The notes under the pieces are model-generated. The model saw nothing but the letters and a program-made list of their open reading frames with translations, had not been told where the DNA came from and did not search any database. The position numbers and the translations under genes are program-made. A stretch of DNA of 54,534 bases from Gaiellaceae bacterium (GTDB taxonomy: Bacteria > Actinomycetota > Thermoleophilia > Gaiellales > Gaiellaceae), in assembly GCA_049273785.1 (NCBI GenBank), contig JBASRJ010000114.1:1-54534 (forward strand), given 5' to 3'. Of this stretch, positions 43,005 through 52,989 are shown piece after piece (position 1 is the stretch's first letter; the number at the start of each line of letters is the position of its first letter).

Positions 43005-44054
43005 TCAGGCGGCCCGGACGAGGTCGTCGGCGTCGATCTCCACGACACCTTCGAGCTCGACCGCAAGCCGTGCGAGGGCCTCGCGCTCGAGCTGGCGTAC
43101 GCGCTCGCGGTTGAGGCCGAGCTCCTTGCCGATCGCCTCCAGCGTCTCGGTCTCCCCTTCGAATCCGAAGCGGAGCTCGAGGATCCGCCGTTGACGATCC
43201 GGCAGCTTCGCCAGAGCGCGGCGAACCGCAAGGCGCTCGAACGACTCGGCGGCTTCGTCCGACGGGTCTTCGGCCGTGGGATCGCCGAACAGATCGCCGA
43301 GCTCGCCGTCATCGGCCGAGCCGACGCTCTGGTTCAACGACGCGGTCGCCTCTGCGACCTCGAGCGCTTCCTTGACGTGCCGGACCTCGAGCCCGGTCGC
43401 CTCCGCCAGCTCTTCGTGGGTCGGCTCGTTTCCGAGCCTGGTGCGGAGCTGATTCGCTGCGCGCGAGAGCTTCACCCGGCGCTCGTGGATGTGCACGGGG
43501 ACGCGGATCGTCGCCGACTGGTTCGAGACCGCACGCTGACACGCCTGACGAATCCACCAGGTGGCGTAGGTCGAGAACTTGAAGCCGCGGCGCCAGTCGA
43601 ACTTCTCGACGGCACGGTTCAGTCCGATCACGCCCTCCTGGATCAGGTCGAGCAGCGACAGGTCGCGTCCCTGGTAACGCTTAGCGATCGAGACCACGAG
43701 GCGGAGGTTGCAGTTGATCATCCGCTCCTTCGCCGCGGCGTCGCCCCGCTCGACCCGCTTCGCCAGCGCGACCTCCTCGGCCGCGGTCAGCAGCGGAAAG
43801 CGGCCGGCCCTGTTCATGAACAGGGTCAGCGCGTCGACCGAGCCGGACAGCTCGTGGGCGGCCGTGACTGCCACGGTCTCCTCGAGCTCGGGCTCGACGA
43901 TCTCGATCTCACGGGCCTCGAGCTCCGCCCGGAGGGCCGTGAGCTCCTCCTCGTCGAGGTCGTGCTCGAGCGCGACTGCCTCTAGAGCAGCCTCGTCGAT
44001 CGACCCGCGCTCCTCGGTCTCCGCGAGAAACGCCTCAATTGAACCTTCGAACAT
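43005..44054 (-). CDS. RNA polymerase sigma-70 family factor (RpoD/group 1-2 like)
   Basis: Region 2 ([12 protein letters not shown]), region 3 and region 4 ([14 protein letters not shown]...[20 protein letters not shown]), with an acidic N-terminus. Confidence 0.9.
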   Translation of the reverse strand: MFEGSIEAFLAETEERGSIDEAALEAVALEHDLDEEELTALRAELEAREIEIVEPELEETVAVTAAHELSGSVDALTLFMNRAGRFPLLTAAEEVALAKRVERGDAAAKERMINCNLRLVVSIAKRYQGRDLSLLDLIQEGVIGLNRAVEKFDWRRGFKFSTYATWWIRQACQRAVSNQSATIRVPVHIHERRVKLSRAANQLRTRLGNEPTHEELAEATGLEVRHVKEALEVAEATASLNQSVGSADDGELGDLFGDPTAEDPSDEAAESFERLAVRRALAKLPDRQRRILELRFGFEGETETLEAIGKELGLNRERVRQLEREALARLAVELEGVVEIDADDLVRAA

Positions 44055-44215
44055 GGTGGTACTCAGTTTTCGTCACTTCCTTCGTTTCTAGGGGTCTCCG
44101 CAGCGGTCGTGGATCGAGGGGTAGGCCGAAACCGGCCCCTCCGACCGCCGCATAGATCAAAACGACCCCCGGGCGGCTCCTATTCCAGCGGTTGTCCGGC
44201 CGGGTCGCAAAGGCT

Positions 44216-44776
44216 TCAGGACGTGCCGCCGAACTCGACATCCTTGGTCTCGACCGTCCCGGCCGTCCGCCCCGGCGCTGTCTGGTAGGTCCAGTACAGG
44301 TTCGTGTGCGCAATGACCTGATCCGGCGGCGGCGCCCCCCATGCCGTCTGGTCCTCCGTCGTGTGGGCGTCGCTGACGAGGGTCGCGTCGTATCCCCTGA
44401 CGAACGCGCCGTGGAGCGTCGAGCGGATGCACGCATCGGTCTGTGCGCCGACGACGACGAGTCGCCCGACACCGAGGCCCGACAGCACATTCTCGAGGGT
44501 GGTTTCCTCGAAGGAGTCGCCGTAGTTCTTCTCGACGAGCGGCTCGGCGTCGTCCGGAGTCAGCTCGGGGACGATCCGCCAGTCGTCGCTCCCCCTCGCA
44601 AGCCCCTCGTCGGAGTGCTGGACCCAGACGACGGGGACCCGTTCCTGCCTCGCCTTCTCGACAAGGCTGCCGACGTTCGCGACGACCGCGTCGCGCGCGG
44701 GAGCCCCCTCGACGACGCCGTTCTGCACGTCGACGACGAGGAGTGCGGTGTTCGGCCGGTTCTCGAGTGTGGTCAT
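44216..44776 (-). CDS. Isochorismatase-family cysteine hydrolase
   Basis: ALLVVDVQNG...LVVVGAQTDACIRST, showing the Asp, Lys and Cys triad context; 186 aa. Confidence 0.85.
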   Translation of the reverse strand: MTTLENRPNTALLVVDVQNGVVEGAPARDAVVANVGSLVEKARQERVPVVWVQHSDEGLARGSDDWRIVPELTPDDAEPLVEKNYGDSFEETTLENVLSGLGVGRLVVVGAQTDACIRSTLHGAFVRGYDATLVSDAHTTEDQTAWGAPPPDQVIAHTNLYWTYQTAPGRTAGTVETKDVEFGGTS

Positions 44777-44825
44777 GTGTTCTCCCCTTTCTCATGCTGG
44801 GCTGGGATTAGCGGCGCTTTCTTAG

Positions 44826-44895
44826 TGGGCCCCCCAGGCCTCGAACCCGTGACCAACGGATTATGCGTTCTACCGGAGTGCAGCCGTCTGCACTC
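44826..44895 (-). pseudogene. Degenerate tRNA-like remnant (T-arm, acceptor 3' strand and part of the anticodon loop are recognisable)
   Basis: About 36 of 44 positions match the 3' part of the tRNA at 45484-45557 (shared CCAACGGATTATG, TCGAAC, GGGCCC). No complementary 5' acceptor strand is present, and nucleotides are missing in the anticodon stem. Confidence 0.5.
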
Positions 44896-45483
44896 TCGTG
44901 CGTCCCGATTCTCACGTATCGAGGGAAGAAGGCGAATCGGTGCGCGTCGAGGATGCACTGGACGTCTCTTTGCGCAGTCGATTGGGTGCAATCCGCGTGC
45001 GTTCGTTGCCGAGTGCAGTGCTCGCGGGCGGGCCGGGCTATTAGCGGATCGAACGAACTCACTGAGGCGCGATGCGAAGACATTTCGCGATCTAGGTGGA
45101 ACTCGCCTCGTGGTGTCGAACGACAAACACGCGGGGGATTGGGTGTCGCCGCAGTGCCCACTCCCCCGCGTGCTCGCCTCTACTTTCTCGCGGTTTCGCC
45201 TCGTCTGTCAATGTTTAAATACTTTCGCCCACAAAAACCGTAGGAAATCTGAGTAAATATTGCTTCGGCGGGACGGATAGCCCGCCCGACGATTCGTCGC
45301 AAGCTCGGTCACGCCCACCGACGGTTCGGCAGCGTCAGGTATTTCGTCCCAAGTGCGATCGACGTCGCACCGGCCGCGATCATCGGCACCCCGATCAACC
45401 GATCAACCGTGCGTAGAGGATTTCCATCACGCAACGTTCTGCACGCGCGCAACCGAAAGGTCCCCGTTCCAGGGAGTTCGTCA

Positions 45484-45557
<74 letters not shown>

Positions 45558-45618
45558 GGATTTGCTCGCCTAAAGTACCGCGGAATCCGTCTGACGTTGA
45601 TCGGCGTAGGAGGTGACG

Positions 45619-46080
45619 ATGAGACGGATCTGGATCCTCGCGCCGGCGGCTTTGCTGCTCGCCGCCTGCGGCGGCAGCTCCAACAAGCCGGCGGCGTCCT
45701 CGACGGGCACGGGCCCGGCGCTGCAAACCATCTCCCTCTCCGAGAAGGAGTTCTCGATCACGCCGAAGGCGATCAGCGTCCCCAAGACAGGCACTTACAC
45801 CTTCGAGGTCAAGAACAACGGCCAGATCCCCCACGCCCTCGTCGTCGCGGGGAACGGCGTCGAGCACAAGACGGCTGACATCCAGCCGGGTGGCTCCGCG
45901 ACCCTGACGGTCGACCTCTCCAAGAAGGGCTCCTACCAGATCTACTGCCCGATCGACGGCCACCGGCAGAACGGGATGCAAGCCGCGCTGGCAGTCGGCG
46001 GCGCCGCGGCCGGCGGTATGACGACCGGCAAGACGACTACCGGCGGGACGACGACGAACAAGGGCGGCTACGGCTACTGA
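45619..46080 (+). CDS. Cupredoxin-like (type 1 copper) lipoprotein
   Basis: Signal peptide plus lipobox (LLLAAC). YCPIDGHRQNGM supplies the Cys/His/Met ligand context. AGGAGG lies 6 nt upstream of the ATG at 45619. Confidence 0.8.
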   Translation: MRRIWILAPAALLLAACGGSSNKPAASSTGTGPALQTISLSEKEFSITPKAISVPKTGTYTFEVKNNGQIPHALVVAGNGVEHKTADIQPGGSATLTVDLSKKGSYQIYCPIDGHRQNGMQAALAVGGAAAGGMTTGKTTTGGTTTNKGGYGY

Positions 46081-46157
46081 CGGCTCGCCCGTGACGTAGG
46101 CGTCCGGAACCCTCAGAATAGGCCTCGGTCTGAACCAACCCGACCGAGGAGGATGAG

Positions 46158-46610
46158 GTGAAGGTCTTCCAGCGCCAGAATGAGCTCCGCACGAGCGGCG
46201 GGTTGAGCGTCCGCGACATCACCGACGAGGTGGCCCGTGCGGTCCGCGAGAGCGGCATCACAGAGGGGATCGCGTGCGTCTACTCACCGCACACGACGTG
46301 CTGCGTGCGCGTGAATGAGTTCGAGTCCGGCTTTCTCGAGGACTTCGCCGAGCTTCTGCAGCGCCTCGTGCCCCGCGAGACCTACTACGCGCACGACGAC
46401 TGGGACAAGCGGACCGAGAACATCTGCCCCGAGGACATGGATTATGGCAACGGCCATTCACACTGCATGGCGATGCTGCTCGGGACCGCGGGCGAATCGA
46501 TTCCGGTCCGCGAGGGCGAGCTCGAGCTCGGAACCTGGCAGCGCGTGCTCTTCATCGAGCTCGACCGGGAGCGCGACCGCCGCTGGCTGGTGCAAGTCGT
46601 CGGCCACTGA
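46158..46610 (+). CDS. YjbQ/UPF0047 family (secondary thiamine-phosphate synthase) protein
   Basis: VYSPHTTCCVRVNE...GNGHSHCMAMLLG...GTWQRVLFIELD. Confidence 0.85.
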   Translation: MKVFQRQNELRTSGGLSVRDITDEVARAVRESGITEGIACVYSPHTTCCVRVNEFESGFLEDFAELLQRLVPRETYYAHDDWDKRTENICPEDMDYGNGHSHCMAMLLGTAGESIPVREGELELGTWQRVLFIELDRERDRRWLVQVVGH

Positions 46611-46622
46611 TCCGGGAGCGGC

Positions 46623-47294
46623 GTGGGCACTGAGGCGCCTACGACCGAAGAGGTCGAAGCCGGCCAAGCTGCGTACACGCCGCGTTTGCTTGCGCTCTAC
46701 GACCTCTACGTCCTCGCCTTCTCGAATCGTTTCGTCTGGCGCTGTCCGAGCGCCCGCATGCTCGAGCTCTACAACCGGCTTGCCGGCGCACGCCATCTCG
46801 ACGTCGGAGTCGGCACGGGCTGGTTCCTCGACCGCTGCCAATGGCCGGTCGAGCGGCCGCAGATCACGCTGCTGGATCTGAATCCGAGCTCGTTGCAGGC
46901 GGCCGCGCATCGAATCCGACGCTATGAGCCGCGGACGGTGCGCGCGAACGTCCTCGAATCGGTCGAGCTCGGCGATGTGCGCTACGACTCGATCGGCATG
47001 AACTTCCTGCCGCACTGCCTGCCAGGTCGTTTGGAAGAGAAGGCCGCGACCGTGGCCAGGAACCTGTTGCCCTACCTCGAGCCCGGCGGCGTTCTGTTCG
47101 GGAGCACGGTCCTCGGTCGCGGCGTCCGGCACAACGCGTTCGGGCGCATCCTGATCCGGGCATACAACAAGAAGGGGATCTTCTCGAACCTCGCCGATGA
47201 CAGGGAAGGGCTCCAACGTGCCCTGGCGTCGTCGTTCTCGAGCGTCGAGATCGAGGTCGTCGGTGCGGTCGTCCTCTTTTCAGCGCGCGCCTAG
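46623..47294 (+). CDS. Class I SAM-dependent methyltransferase
   Basis: Motif I HLDVGVGTGW is followed by an acidic loop (LLDLNP). Confidence 0.8.
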   Translation: MGTEAPTTEEVEAGQAAYTPRLLALYDLYVLAFSNRFVWRCPSARMLELYNRLAGARHLDVGVGTGWFLDRCQWPVERPQITLLDLNPSSLQAAAHRIRRYEPRTVRANVLESVELGDVRYDSIGMNFLPHCLPGRLEEKAATVARNLLPYLEPGGVLFGSTVLGRGVRHNAFGRILIRAYNKKGIFSNLADDREGLQRALASSFSSVEIEVVGAVVLFSARA

Positions 47295-47303
47295 CCGTTC
47301 CTG

Positions 47304-47921
47304 GTGGTTCCCTATCCCGTCCCCAAGCGGCTTCTCGACAAGGCGGTTGCGGGCGCGCTGCTCGTGCTCGTCGCTCCGGTCTTTGCCGGTGTGCTCGTTG
47401 GGATGGCGGTCGACATGCTCCTGTCTCCGCCCGACCGCGGTGGTTTCCTCTACCGAGAGCAGCGCGTCTCGCGCGGCCGGACGTTCGCGCTCCTCAAGTT
47501 TCGGTCGCTGCGCGCGGACGTTCTCGAGCGGCACCGCGGCCACGCCGGGCTCGCGGAGCACGACGCGGCCAACCTCACGTGGGCCGGCAGAACGTTCCTC
47601 AAGCCCTGGTATCTCGACGAACTGCCGCAGTTGCTGAACGTTCTGCGGGGAGACATCAGCCTCGTCGGCCCACGGCCGTGGCCGCCGGCGCTCGTCGAAC
47701 GCCAGGTCGCGGAAGGGCACGACTACCGGAACCGGATCATCGCCGGGCTCACCGGCCCCGCGCAGGTGACGAAAGGTTCCGACCAGCGGTATGCGGACCT
47801 CGACCTCCCCTACGTGGACAAGTCCGCAAGGCTCGGCGGCTGGGCGCTCGTGCGCTACGACCTCGGGATCCTCCGGCGGACGATCCGCGTCCTCGCGCGC
47901 GCCGAGGGACTGAACTACTAG
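47304..47921 (+). CDS. Bacterial sugar transferase (polyprenyl-phosphate hexose-1-phosphate transferase, small PGT type)
   Basis: [15 protein letters not shown] (re-entrant helix), [28 protein letters not shown]. Confidence 0.88.
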   Translation: MVPYPVPKRLLDKAVAGALLVLVAPVFAGVLVGMAVDMLLSPPDRGGFLYREQRVSRGRTFALLKFRSLRADVLERHRGHAGLAEHDAANLTWAGRTFLKPWYLDELPQLLNVLRGDISLVGPRPWPPALVERQVAEGHDYRNRIIAGLTGPAQVTKGSDQRYADLDLPYVDKSARLGGWALVRYDLGILRRTIRVLARAEGLNY

Positions 47922-48304
47922 TCCGTTTGGCGCGCGGCTTCGACGAGGTTCGGCGGAGCCACCTCTGCGTACGCATCCTCTGCGATCCCGGCGATCTCGT
48001 CCCAGTGCAGGCCTCGGTCGAGCCGGACGCCGAGCCAACCGCGGTGACCGACGTACGGCGGTACGAAGAACCGCTCGGGGTCGGCCTCGACGAGCATCGC
48101 CTGCATCCCCGTCGGCGCTGCGCACCAGAGCGCGAACCGGCCGTCACCGTGGTGGTTCGTCAGCACCATGACGAACGCACGCTTCCCGCGCACGAAGAAC
48201 GTCGGTGCGCCGTGGCTGAGCCGCTCGCTCGTCTCCGGCAGTCCGAGACAGACCTCGCGGATCCGGTCCAGCGCCCGTTCCCGCTCGTCCGGGTCGACGA
48301 CCAC
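47918..48304 (-). CDS. MmcQ/YjbR family protein
   Basis: ALDRIREVCLGLPETSERLSHGAPTFFVRGKRAF...GWLGVRLD. A GTG at 48304 is chosen as the start, because the longer ORF would overlap the upstream gene. Confidence 0.7.
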   Translation of the reverse strand: MVVDPDERERALDRIREVCLGLPETSERLSHGAPTFFVRGKRAFVMVLTNHHGDGRFALWCAAPTGMQAMLVEADPERFFVPPYVGHRGWLGVRLDRGLHWDEIAGIAEDAYAEVAPPNLVEAARQTD

Positions 48305-48332
48305 AGGCGAACTGTACGCGGCGCGAAGAGCG

Positions 48333-49117
48333 TTAGTGTCCCGGCGCGACGCGCCAGGTGCGACCGCCGTCGCGCGAGACGAACGCATACGAGATCGCAT
48401 CCGCGTCGCATGTCTGCGCCGGCGCGACCATGACGGGCGCGACGATCCGGATTGCGGGCCACTCGACACGGAAGGGACGCGCGGAGCACGACGCGCCGGG
48501 AGCGCGAGGCACGTTGATCACCGTGTGATCGATCCGCGCGTGGTCGACGCTCAGCCGCGCGACGTCGATCCGGAACGCAACGCCCGGGCTGCCGTCGACC
48601 GGCTTTCCTTCGACAAGTGAGGCGATTCCTCGCCGAACCGGTTGTAGCGCGACGTAGTGCCGTCCGTAGTCGGAGGGCGCTCCGATAAACGGCCGCGCCC
48701 GCGTGTGCCCTTGCGCCGCGCGACTGACCTTCATGACGTAGCCGCCGAACTCGACGCCTGCGGCAGGCCGCACGCCGTAGAAGAGAACGGCCCCGCTCCC
48801 GTCGAACAACGTCGCATCCGGGCGCGGCGCGATCGCGAGCCGTCGCCACATCCGACCGTTGTCGGCTGTCGCGAGGACCGACACGTCCGCATCGAGGTAG
48901 ACGAAGCCGTCGCGCGCCGTCGTGCGCGTGATCCGGACGAGCGGCCCTCTGCGTCAGGGGCACCGGCGAGCTGCCAGCGGTGGCCCCTGTCGGCGACCGA
49001 TTGATCGGCCCCCACCCCCGAAACGGGCGTCGGGACAGGCGGCGCCGACCCTGCTCCTGCCGTCGCGGTAAATGCCAGCGCTAGCAGGAGAAAAGCAGCC
49101 GTCCGCACGCCGGCCAC
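48333..49117 (-). pseudogene. Secreted BNR/Asp-box repeat protein, apparently frameshifted near 48945-48960
   Basis: The frame from 49117 encodes a signal peptide (MAGVRTAAFLLLALAFTATAGAGSA). The frame ending at 48333 contains Asp-box-like SRDGGRTW and TADNGRMW and is open back to 48953. The two frames are offset by 1 nt. Confidence 0.5.
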
Positions 49118-49186
49118 GGTAGCCGGAGGTGGTAAGCCGGCTGTTAAGCCGCTTGTCTTGGGGCCGCGGGATGGGAGGATTGGCCG

Positions 49187-49783
49187 GTGGGATCAGCCGA
49201 GCAGATTGCGCCCGGGCTTCGCCGCTGGACCTCCTGGCACGAGGAGTGGAAGCAGGAGGTCGCCTCCCTGGCCGTCCAGACCCCCGACGGCCTGGTGCTG
49301 ATCGACCCGATCGACCCTCCCCCCGAGCTGCGGAGGCCCGACCACGTGCTGATCACCGTGTTCTGGCACGGCCGGTCGACGGGCAGCCTCGGCGCGAAGC
49401 ACGTGTGGGCGCACGCGCGCGGAGTTCGTCGGCTGAAGAACCGCGGGACCGAGGTGACCGACACAATCGACTCGGGCGACGCGCTCCCGGGAGGGATCAA
49501 GGCGTTCGAGACCGCACGCGAGTCCGAAGTCATCTACTGGCTTCCCGACCAGAAGGCGATCGCGGTCGGCGACGTGCTGCTCGGCGCGGGAGCGAAACCG
49601 AAAGCGACATCCGAACCGCTTCGGCTCTGCCCGGAGCGGTGGCTCGGCGACGCAAACTACAAGAAGCTCCGCAAGTCGCTGCAGCCGCTGCTCGAGCTGC
49701 CGCTTCAGCGCATCCTCGTTTCGCACGGCGATCCGGTGCTGACGGGCGGCAAGGACGTGCTGGCCGCATTGCTCGAAACCTGA
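49187..49783 (+). CDS. Hypothetical protein, weakly metallo-beta-lactamase-fold-like
   Basis: GLVLIDPID...VFWHGRS...ILVSHGDPV resembles an MBL fold without an intact HxHxDH motif. Confidence 0.5.
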   Translation: MGSAEQIAPGLRRWTSWHEEWKQEVASLAVQTPDGLVLIDPIDPPPELRRPDHVLITVFWHGRSTGSLGAKHVWAHARGVRRLKNRGTEVTDTIDSGDALPGGIKAFETARESEVIYWLPDQKAIAVGDVLLGAGAKPKATSEPLRLCPERWLGDANYKKLRKSLQPLLELPLQRILVSHGDPVLTGGKDVLAALLET

Positions 49784-49855
49784 GGCGACTCGCGGCACCT
49801 ATTCGTTCGACGGAAATCTGACATTCCCCAAACAATCGAGGAGTAGATTCGACTC

Positions 49856-50686
49856 GTGCGCGCGTGGGGAGCGCTGGTGGCAATCGGGGTGTCCGTGCTG
49901 ACGGGCCTCGGTGCCGGTGGTGCGCCCGCTGCCATGAGTCCGCGCGACCTGCAGGGCGTGAACTTCATCAGCTCCTGCGCGTTCAGCCACCGGGCGATGG
50001 ACGACCCGATCGTCTATCCCGGACGGCCGGGCCTGTCGCACGACCATACGTTCATCGGCAACGCGACTACCAACGCGTTCTCGACGCTCCGCTCGCTGCG
50101 CGCCGGTGCAACTACGTGCCGGCGCAACGCAGACACCGCGGCGTACTGGATGCCGACGCTGCTCGTGAACGGGCACGCCGTCGAGCCGCGCGGAGCGACG
50201 ATCTACTACCGCCGCCGAACGATCGCACCCGTGCGGCCGTTCCCGGCCGGGCTCAAGATGATCGCCGGGAACAGCCACGCGACGGCAGCACAGGATCTCC
50301 GCGTGACGTTCTGGAACTGCGGCGCGGACGCCGGCGTGGCGCGGTCCGCCGACGTTGCGACGTGCCCGAACGACCGCGGTGCGGGCCTCCGGCTCCATGT
50401 CAACTTCCCGAACTGCTGGGACGGAGCGAATCTCGACAGTCCCAACCACCAGGACCACATGGCCTATTCGGTGCGGGGCACCTGCCCCTCGACGCATCCC
50501 GTGTCTGTGCCGGCGATCGCGCTGATCTTCCGGTACCCCACGACGGGTGGAGCCGGCGTGTCGCTCTCGTCGGGCGGTCAGTACTCGGCTCACGCGGACT
50601 TCTTCAACGCCTGGAACCAGGGCACGCTGACATCGCTCGTCCGGGGCTGCCTGAACGCCCTGCGCCACTGCGGGCGCGGCACCTAG
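49856..50686 (+). CDS. DUF1996 domain protein, secreted
   Basis: Signal peptide, then SCAFSHRAMDDPIVYPGRPGLSHDHTFIGN...YWMPTL...HVNFPNCWDG, which is typical of DUF1996. Confidence 0.8.
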   Translation: MRAWGALVAIGVSVLTGLGAGGAPAAMSPRDLQGVNFISSCAFSHRAMDDPIVYPGRPGLSHDHTFIGNATTNAFSTLRSLRAGATTCRRNADTAAYWMPTLLVNGHAVEPRGATIYYRRRTIAPVRPFPAGLKMIAGNSHATAAQDLRVTFWNCGADAGVARSADVATCPNDRGAGLRLHVNFPNCWDGANLDSPNHQDHMAYSVRGTCPSTHPVSVPAIALIFRYPTTGGAGVSLSSGGQYSAHADFFNAWNQGTLTSLVRGCLNALRHCGRGT

Positions 50687-50757
50687 CCCCGGCCCCCGCC
50701 GGCCGACATTTGTCAGGTGGTTCAGCGGCGGCGTGCGCGTGCCGATACACGACGTCA

Positions 50758-51558
50758 ATGGATCAGACCCAGTTCCCCTGGCGTCCGCTCGGGGTCTTGC
50801 TCGCCGAGCGGGGCCTCTTGACCGAAGGCGAGCTCGAGGACGCGCTCGACGAGCAACAGCGAAGCGGGCGACTGCTCGGCGAGATTCTCGTCGGGCGCGG
50901 TTATCTGACGGGCTGGACGCTGACACGCGTCCTCACCGAGCAACACGGCGTCGAGCTGCTCTCGGCCGGTGGCGCCGAAGAACGTCCGGGGAAGGACGCC
51001 GTCGCGCAGCCTCCGCAGGCCCAGCCGACGCCCGCCGGCGCAGGAACAGCCTGGCGCCCGCTCGGCCGGCTGCTCGTCGAGACGGGAGTCCTGGAAGAGG
51101 CCGAGCTCAAGGATGCGTTGGCGGAGCAGGCGCGGGGCGGCCGGCGGTTGGGAGAGGTCCTGGTCTCACGCGGTTCGGTCTCCGGGGACGCGCTTGCGCG
51201 CGCACTCGCCGCGCAACACGGTGTCGAGCTCGAGCCGACAGAGGAGCTCGAGGCGACGATCAAACCACCGAGCCCGGGCGAGCCCGTCTATCAGGTCTGC
51301 GCGGCGAAATCGGTCCTGTACGAGAGCACCAATTTCCTCGAGGCCGCGGACTTCGCGTTCGAGTTCGTCGAGCGACACGAGCCGGATGCGCTCGAGATCG
51401 AGCGGAGACAAGGCGACAAGCGCGAATGCGTGTGGATGTACAGCCAGGATCGCGCGGCCGAGGTTGCTGCTTCACGCAAAGGCATGCTCGAAACCTACGG
51501 CTTCGATCCCAACCAGTGGGATGCCGGCCGGCGTTTCGAGCCGGGCAGATCGTCTTAG
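50758..51558 (+). CDS. Protein with two tandem MshEN (T2SSE N-terminal, c-di-GMP-binding type) domains and a C-terminal region of unknown function
   Basis: PLGVLLAERGLLTEGELEDALDEQ-QRSG-RLLGEILVGRGYLTGWTLTRVLTEQ, and a second copy PLGRLLVETGVLEEAELKDALAEQ...RRLGEVLVSRGSVSGDALARALAAQ. The ATG at 50758 lies inside the 564-aa composite ORF. Confidence 0.8.
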   Translation: MDQTQFPWRPLGVLLAERGLLTEGELEDALDEQQRSGRLLGEILVGRGYLTGWTLTRVLTEQHGVELLSAGGAEERPGKDAVAQPPQAQPTPAGAGTAWRPLGRLLVETGVLEEAELKDALAEQARGGRRLGEVLVSRGSVSGDALARALAAQHGVELEPTEELEATIKPPSPGEPVYQVCAAKSVLYESTNFLEAADFAFEFVERHEPDALEIERRQGDKRECVWMYSQDRAAEVAASRKGMLETYGFDPNQWDAGRRFEPGRSS

Positions 51559-51873
51559 CGCAGCCCGACTTCTGCAGGGTTCCACCAGCGGTGCGCGAGC
51601 CCTCGCGGGACGACGACCAGCGTTCCTGCAGCAGCCTCGAAGGTCGCCCGCGACGGTGAATGCCAGCGTTCCGTCGATCACGAAGAAGATGTCGTCGTGC
51701 TCGCGATGGACGTGCGGGCTCGCCCCCGGGCTGTCTGCATCGGCCGTCGCAACGCTCAGCGCGTAGCGGCCGTCAGATTCGGCGCCGTCAGCCTTGAAGG
51801 AGAGCTGCATCGAACCCAGCGAGAGCTGCCGCGCCTCACCCGGACGAAGCACGAGCGCGTGGTCGCGGCTCAT
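51555..51873 (-). pseudogene. Cupin-domain protein with an apparent 1-nt frameshift near 51645-51650
   Basis: The start frame reads HVHREHDDIFFVIDGTLAFTVAG. An adjacent frame continues with ATFEAAAGTLVVVPRGLAHRWWNPAEVGLR*, the second cupin motif. The total length of 319 nt is not a multiple of 3. Confidence 0.6.
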
Positions 51874-52109
51874 CGAGCGAGTATCGCGGTTGTCCGACTA
51901 CTGCGACCGCTGCTGCCGCTGTCGCCAGCGATGGAGCGCTTTGGACTTGTGTGCCGCCTTCGGCGTCGCCGGCGCGGGCGACGGATCGTGCTCTTCGAGC
52001 CAGCGCGCGGCCTCGTCGTCCGGATCGAGACCAACCGCGCGCTCGCGGTCACCGAGCTTCCGGGCGCCGCGACTTGTCAGCGATTTCTTCCTGGCCACGC
52101 GCTGGAAGC

Positions 52110-52985
52110 CTAGTCGTCGCACTCCCTGAGGAAGCTACGCACGATGTCCAAGTAGTGCTCGGTCTCTTCGAGGACGGGTGTGTGCGAGCTCTCCTCGAAG
52201 ACCACCTCGCGCGCGTCGCGCAAACCCTCGAGGAGCGTCGCCGCGACCGCGTCTGTGCACATGTCGTAGCGACCTCGCAGCATGAGCGTGGGGACTTCGA
52301 TCTCGCCGAGCCGTGCGCGAACGTCCCAGTCCTTGAGCACGCCGGTCATCGACCACTCGTTCGGTCCGCACATCGCCCGGTAGGCCTCGCGCCCGCGTTC
52401 CGCGTCCATCAGTTCGAGCTCCATGCGCGGTTTCGGCCCGCGATAGAAGTGGCGATCGTTGTAGACGCCCTCCGCGCGTTCGTACTCGGGATCGTCGTAG
52501 GCCTCGACCGCCTCGAGGCGGTCGAGCGTTGCAACGACGTCGGGCGGAAGCGCGCCGCGCAGGCGTTTCTGCTCCGCCACCCAGACGTTGTTGTCGGCGA
52601 GCGTCGAGCTGAGGATCAGGCTGACGATCCCGTCGGCGCCCGAAAGGGCGTGTTCGAGCGCGAGCATCCCGCCCCACGAGGTGCCGAGCAGGTGGATCCG
52701 CTCGAGGGCGAGCTGCGCGCGCACTGCGGCGACTTCGTCGCGGAAGAGCTCGACGCTCCACTCGACGTCGGTCGGGCGGTCAGACTTTCCGCAGCCGATC
52801 TGGTCATAGACGACGACGGCGCGCTCGTCGGCCAGCCCCTCGAGCGGTGCGAAATAGTTGTGCGTCGATCCCGGGCCGCCGTGCAAGGCCAGCAACGGTG
52901 CGCGTTCGGATCCGAGGTCGCCGACGGCTCGGTACCAAGTGCGGTACCCGCGAAAGGCGATGTATCCCTCGTCGACCGGCGTCAA
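52110..52985 (-). CDS. Alpha/beta hydrolase, proline iminopeptidase-like
   Basis: LHGGPGS oxyanion region and the nucleophile elbow LLGTSWGGMLA; 291 aa. Confidence 0.88.
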   Translation of the reverse strand: MTPVDEGYIAFRGYRTWYRAVGDLGSERAPLLALHGGPGSTHNYFAPLEGLADERAVVVYDQIGCGKSDRPTDVEWSVELFRDEVAAVRAQLALERIHLLGTSWGGMLALEHALSGADGIVSLILSSTLADNNVWVAEQKRLRGALPPDVVATLDRLEAVEAYDDPEYERAEGVYNDRHFYRGPKPRMELELMDAERGREAYRAMCGPNEWSMTGVLKDWDVRARLGEIEVPTLMLRGRYDMCTDAVAATLLEGLRDAREVVFEESSHTPVLEETEHYLDIVRSFLRECDD

Positions 52986-52989
52986 CGCT

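Noticed and set aside
44863-45243. ORFs of 117-126 aa on both strands in the spacer between the tRNA remnant and the tRNA
   Set aside because: The frames are mutually overlapping, the composition is atypical, and there are no motifs. I treat the region as non-coding, possibly decayed element DNA.
49864-51558. 564-aa ORF fusing the region antisense or out-of-frame to DUF1996 with the MshEN protein
   Set aside because: The first ~298 codons are out-of-frame relative to the DUF1996 gene and Arg/Pro-rich. The credible protein starts at the ATG at 50758.
51898-52122. 74-aa highly basic minus-strand ORF between the cupin and the alpha/beta hydrolase
   Set aside because: It overlaps the hydrolase 3' end by 13 nt, has no recognisable motif, and cannot be distinguished from chance in GC-rich DNA. 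It is left uncalled, although a small nucleic-acid-binding protein is possible.
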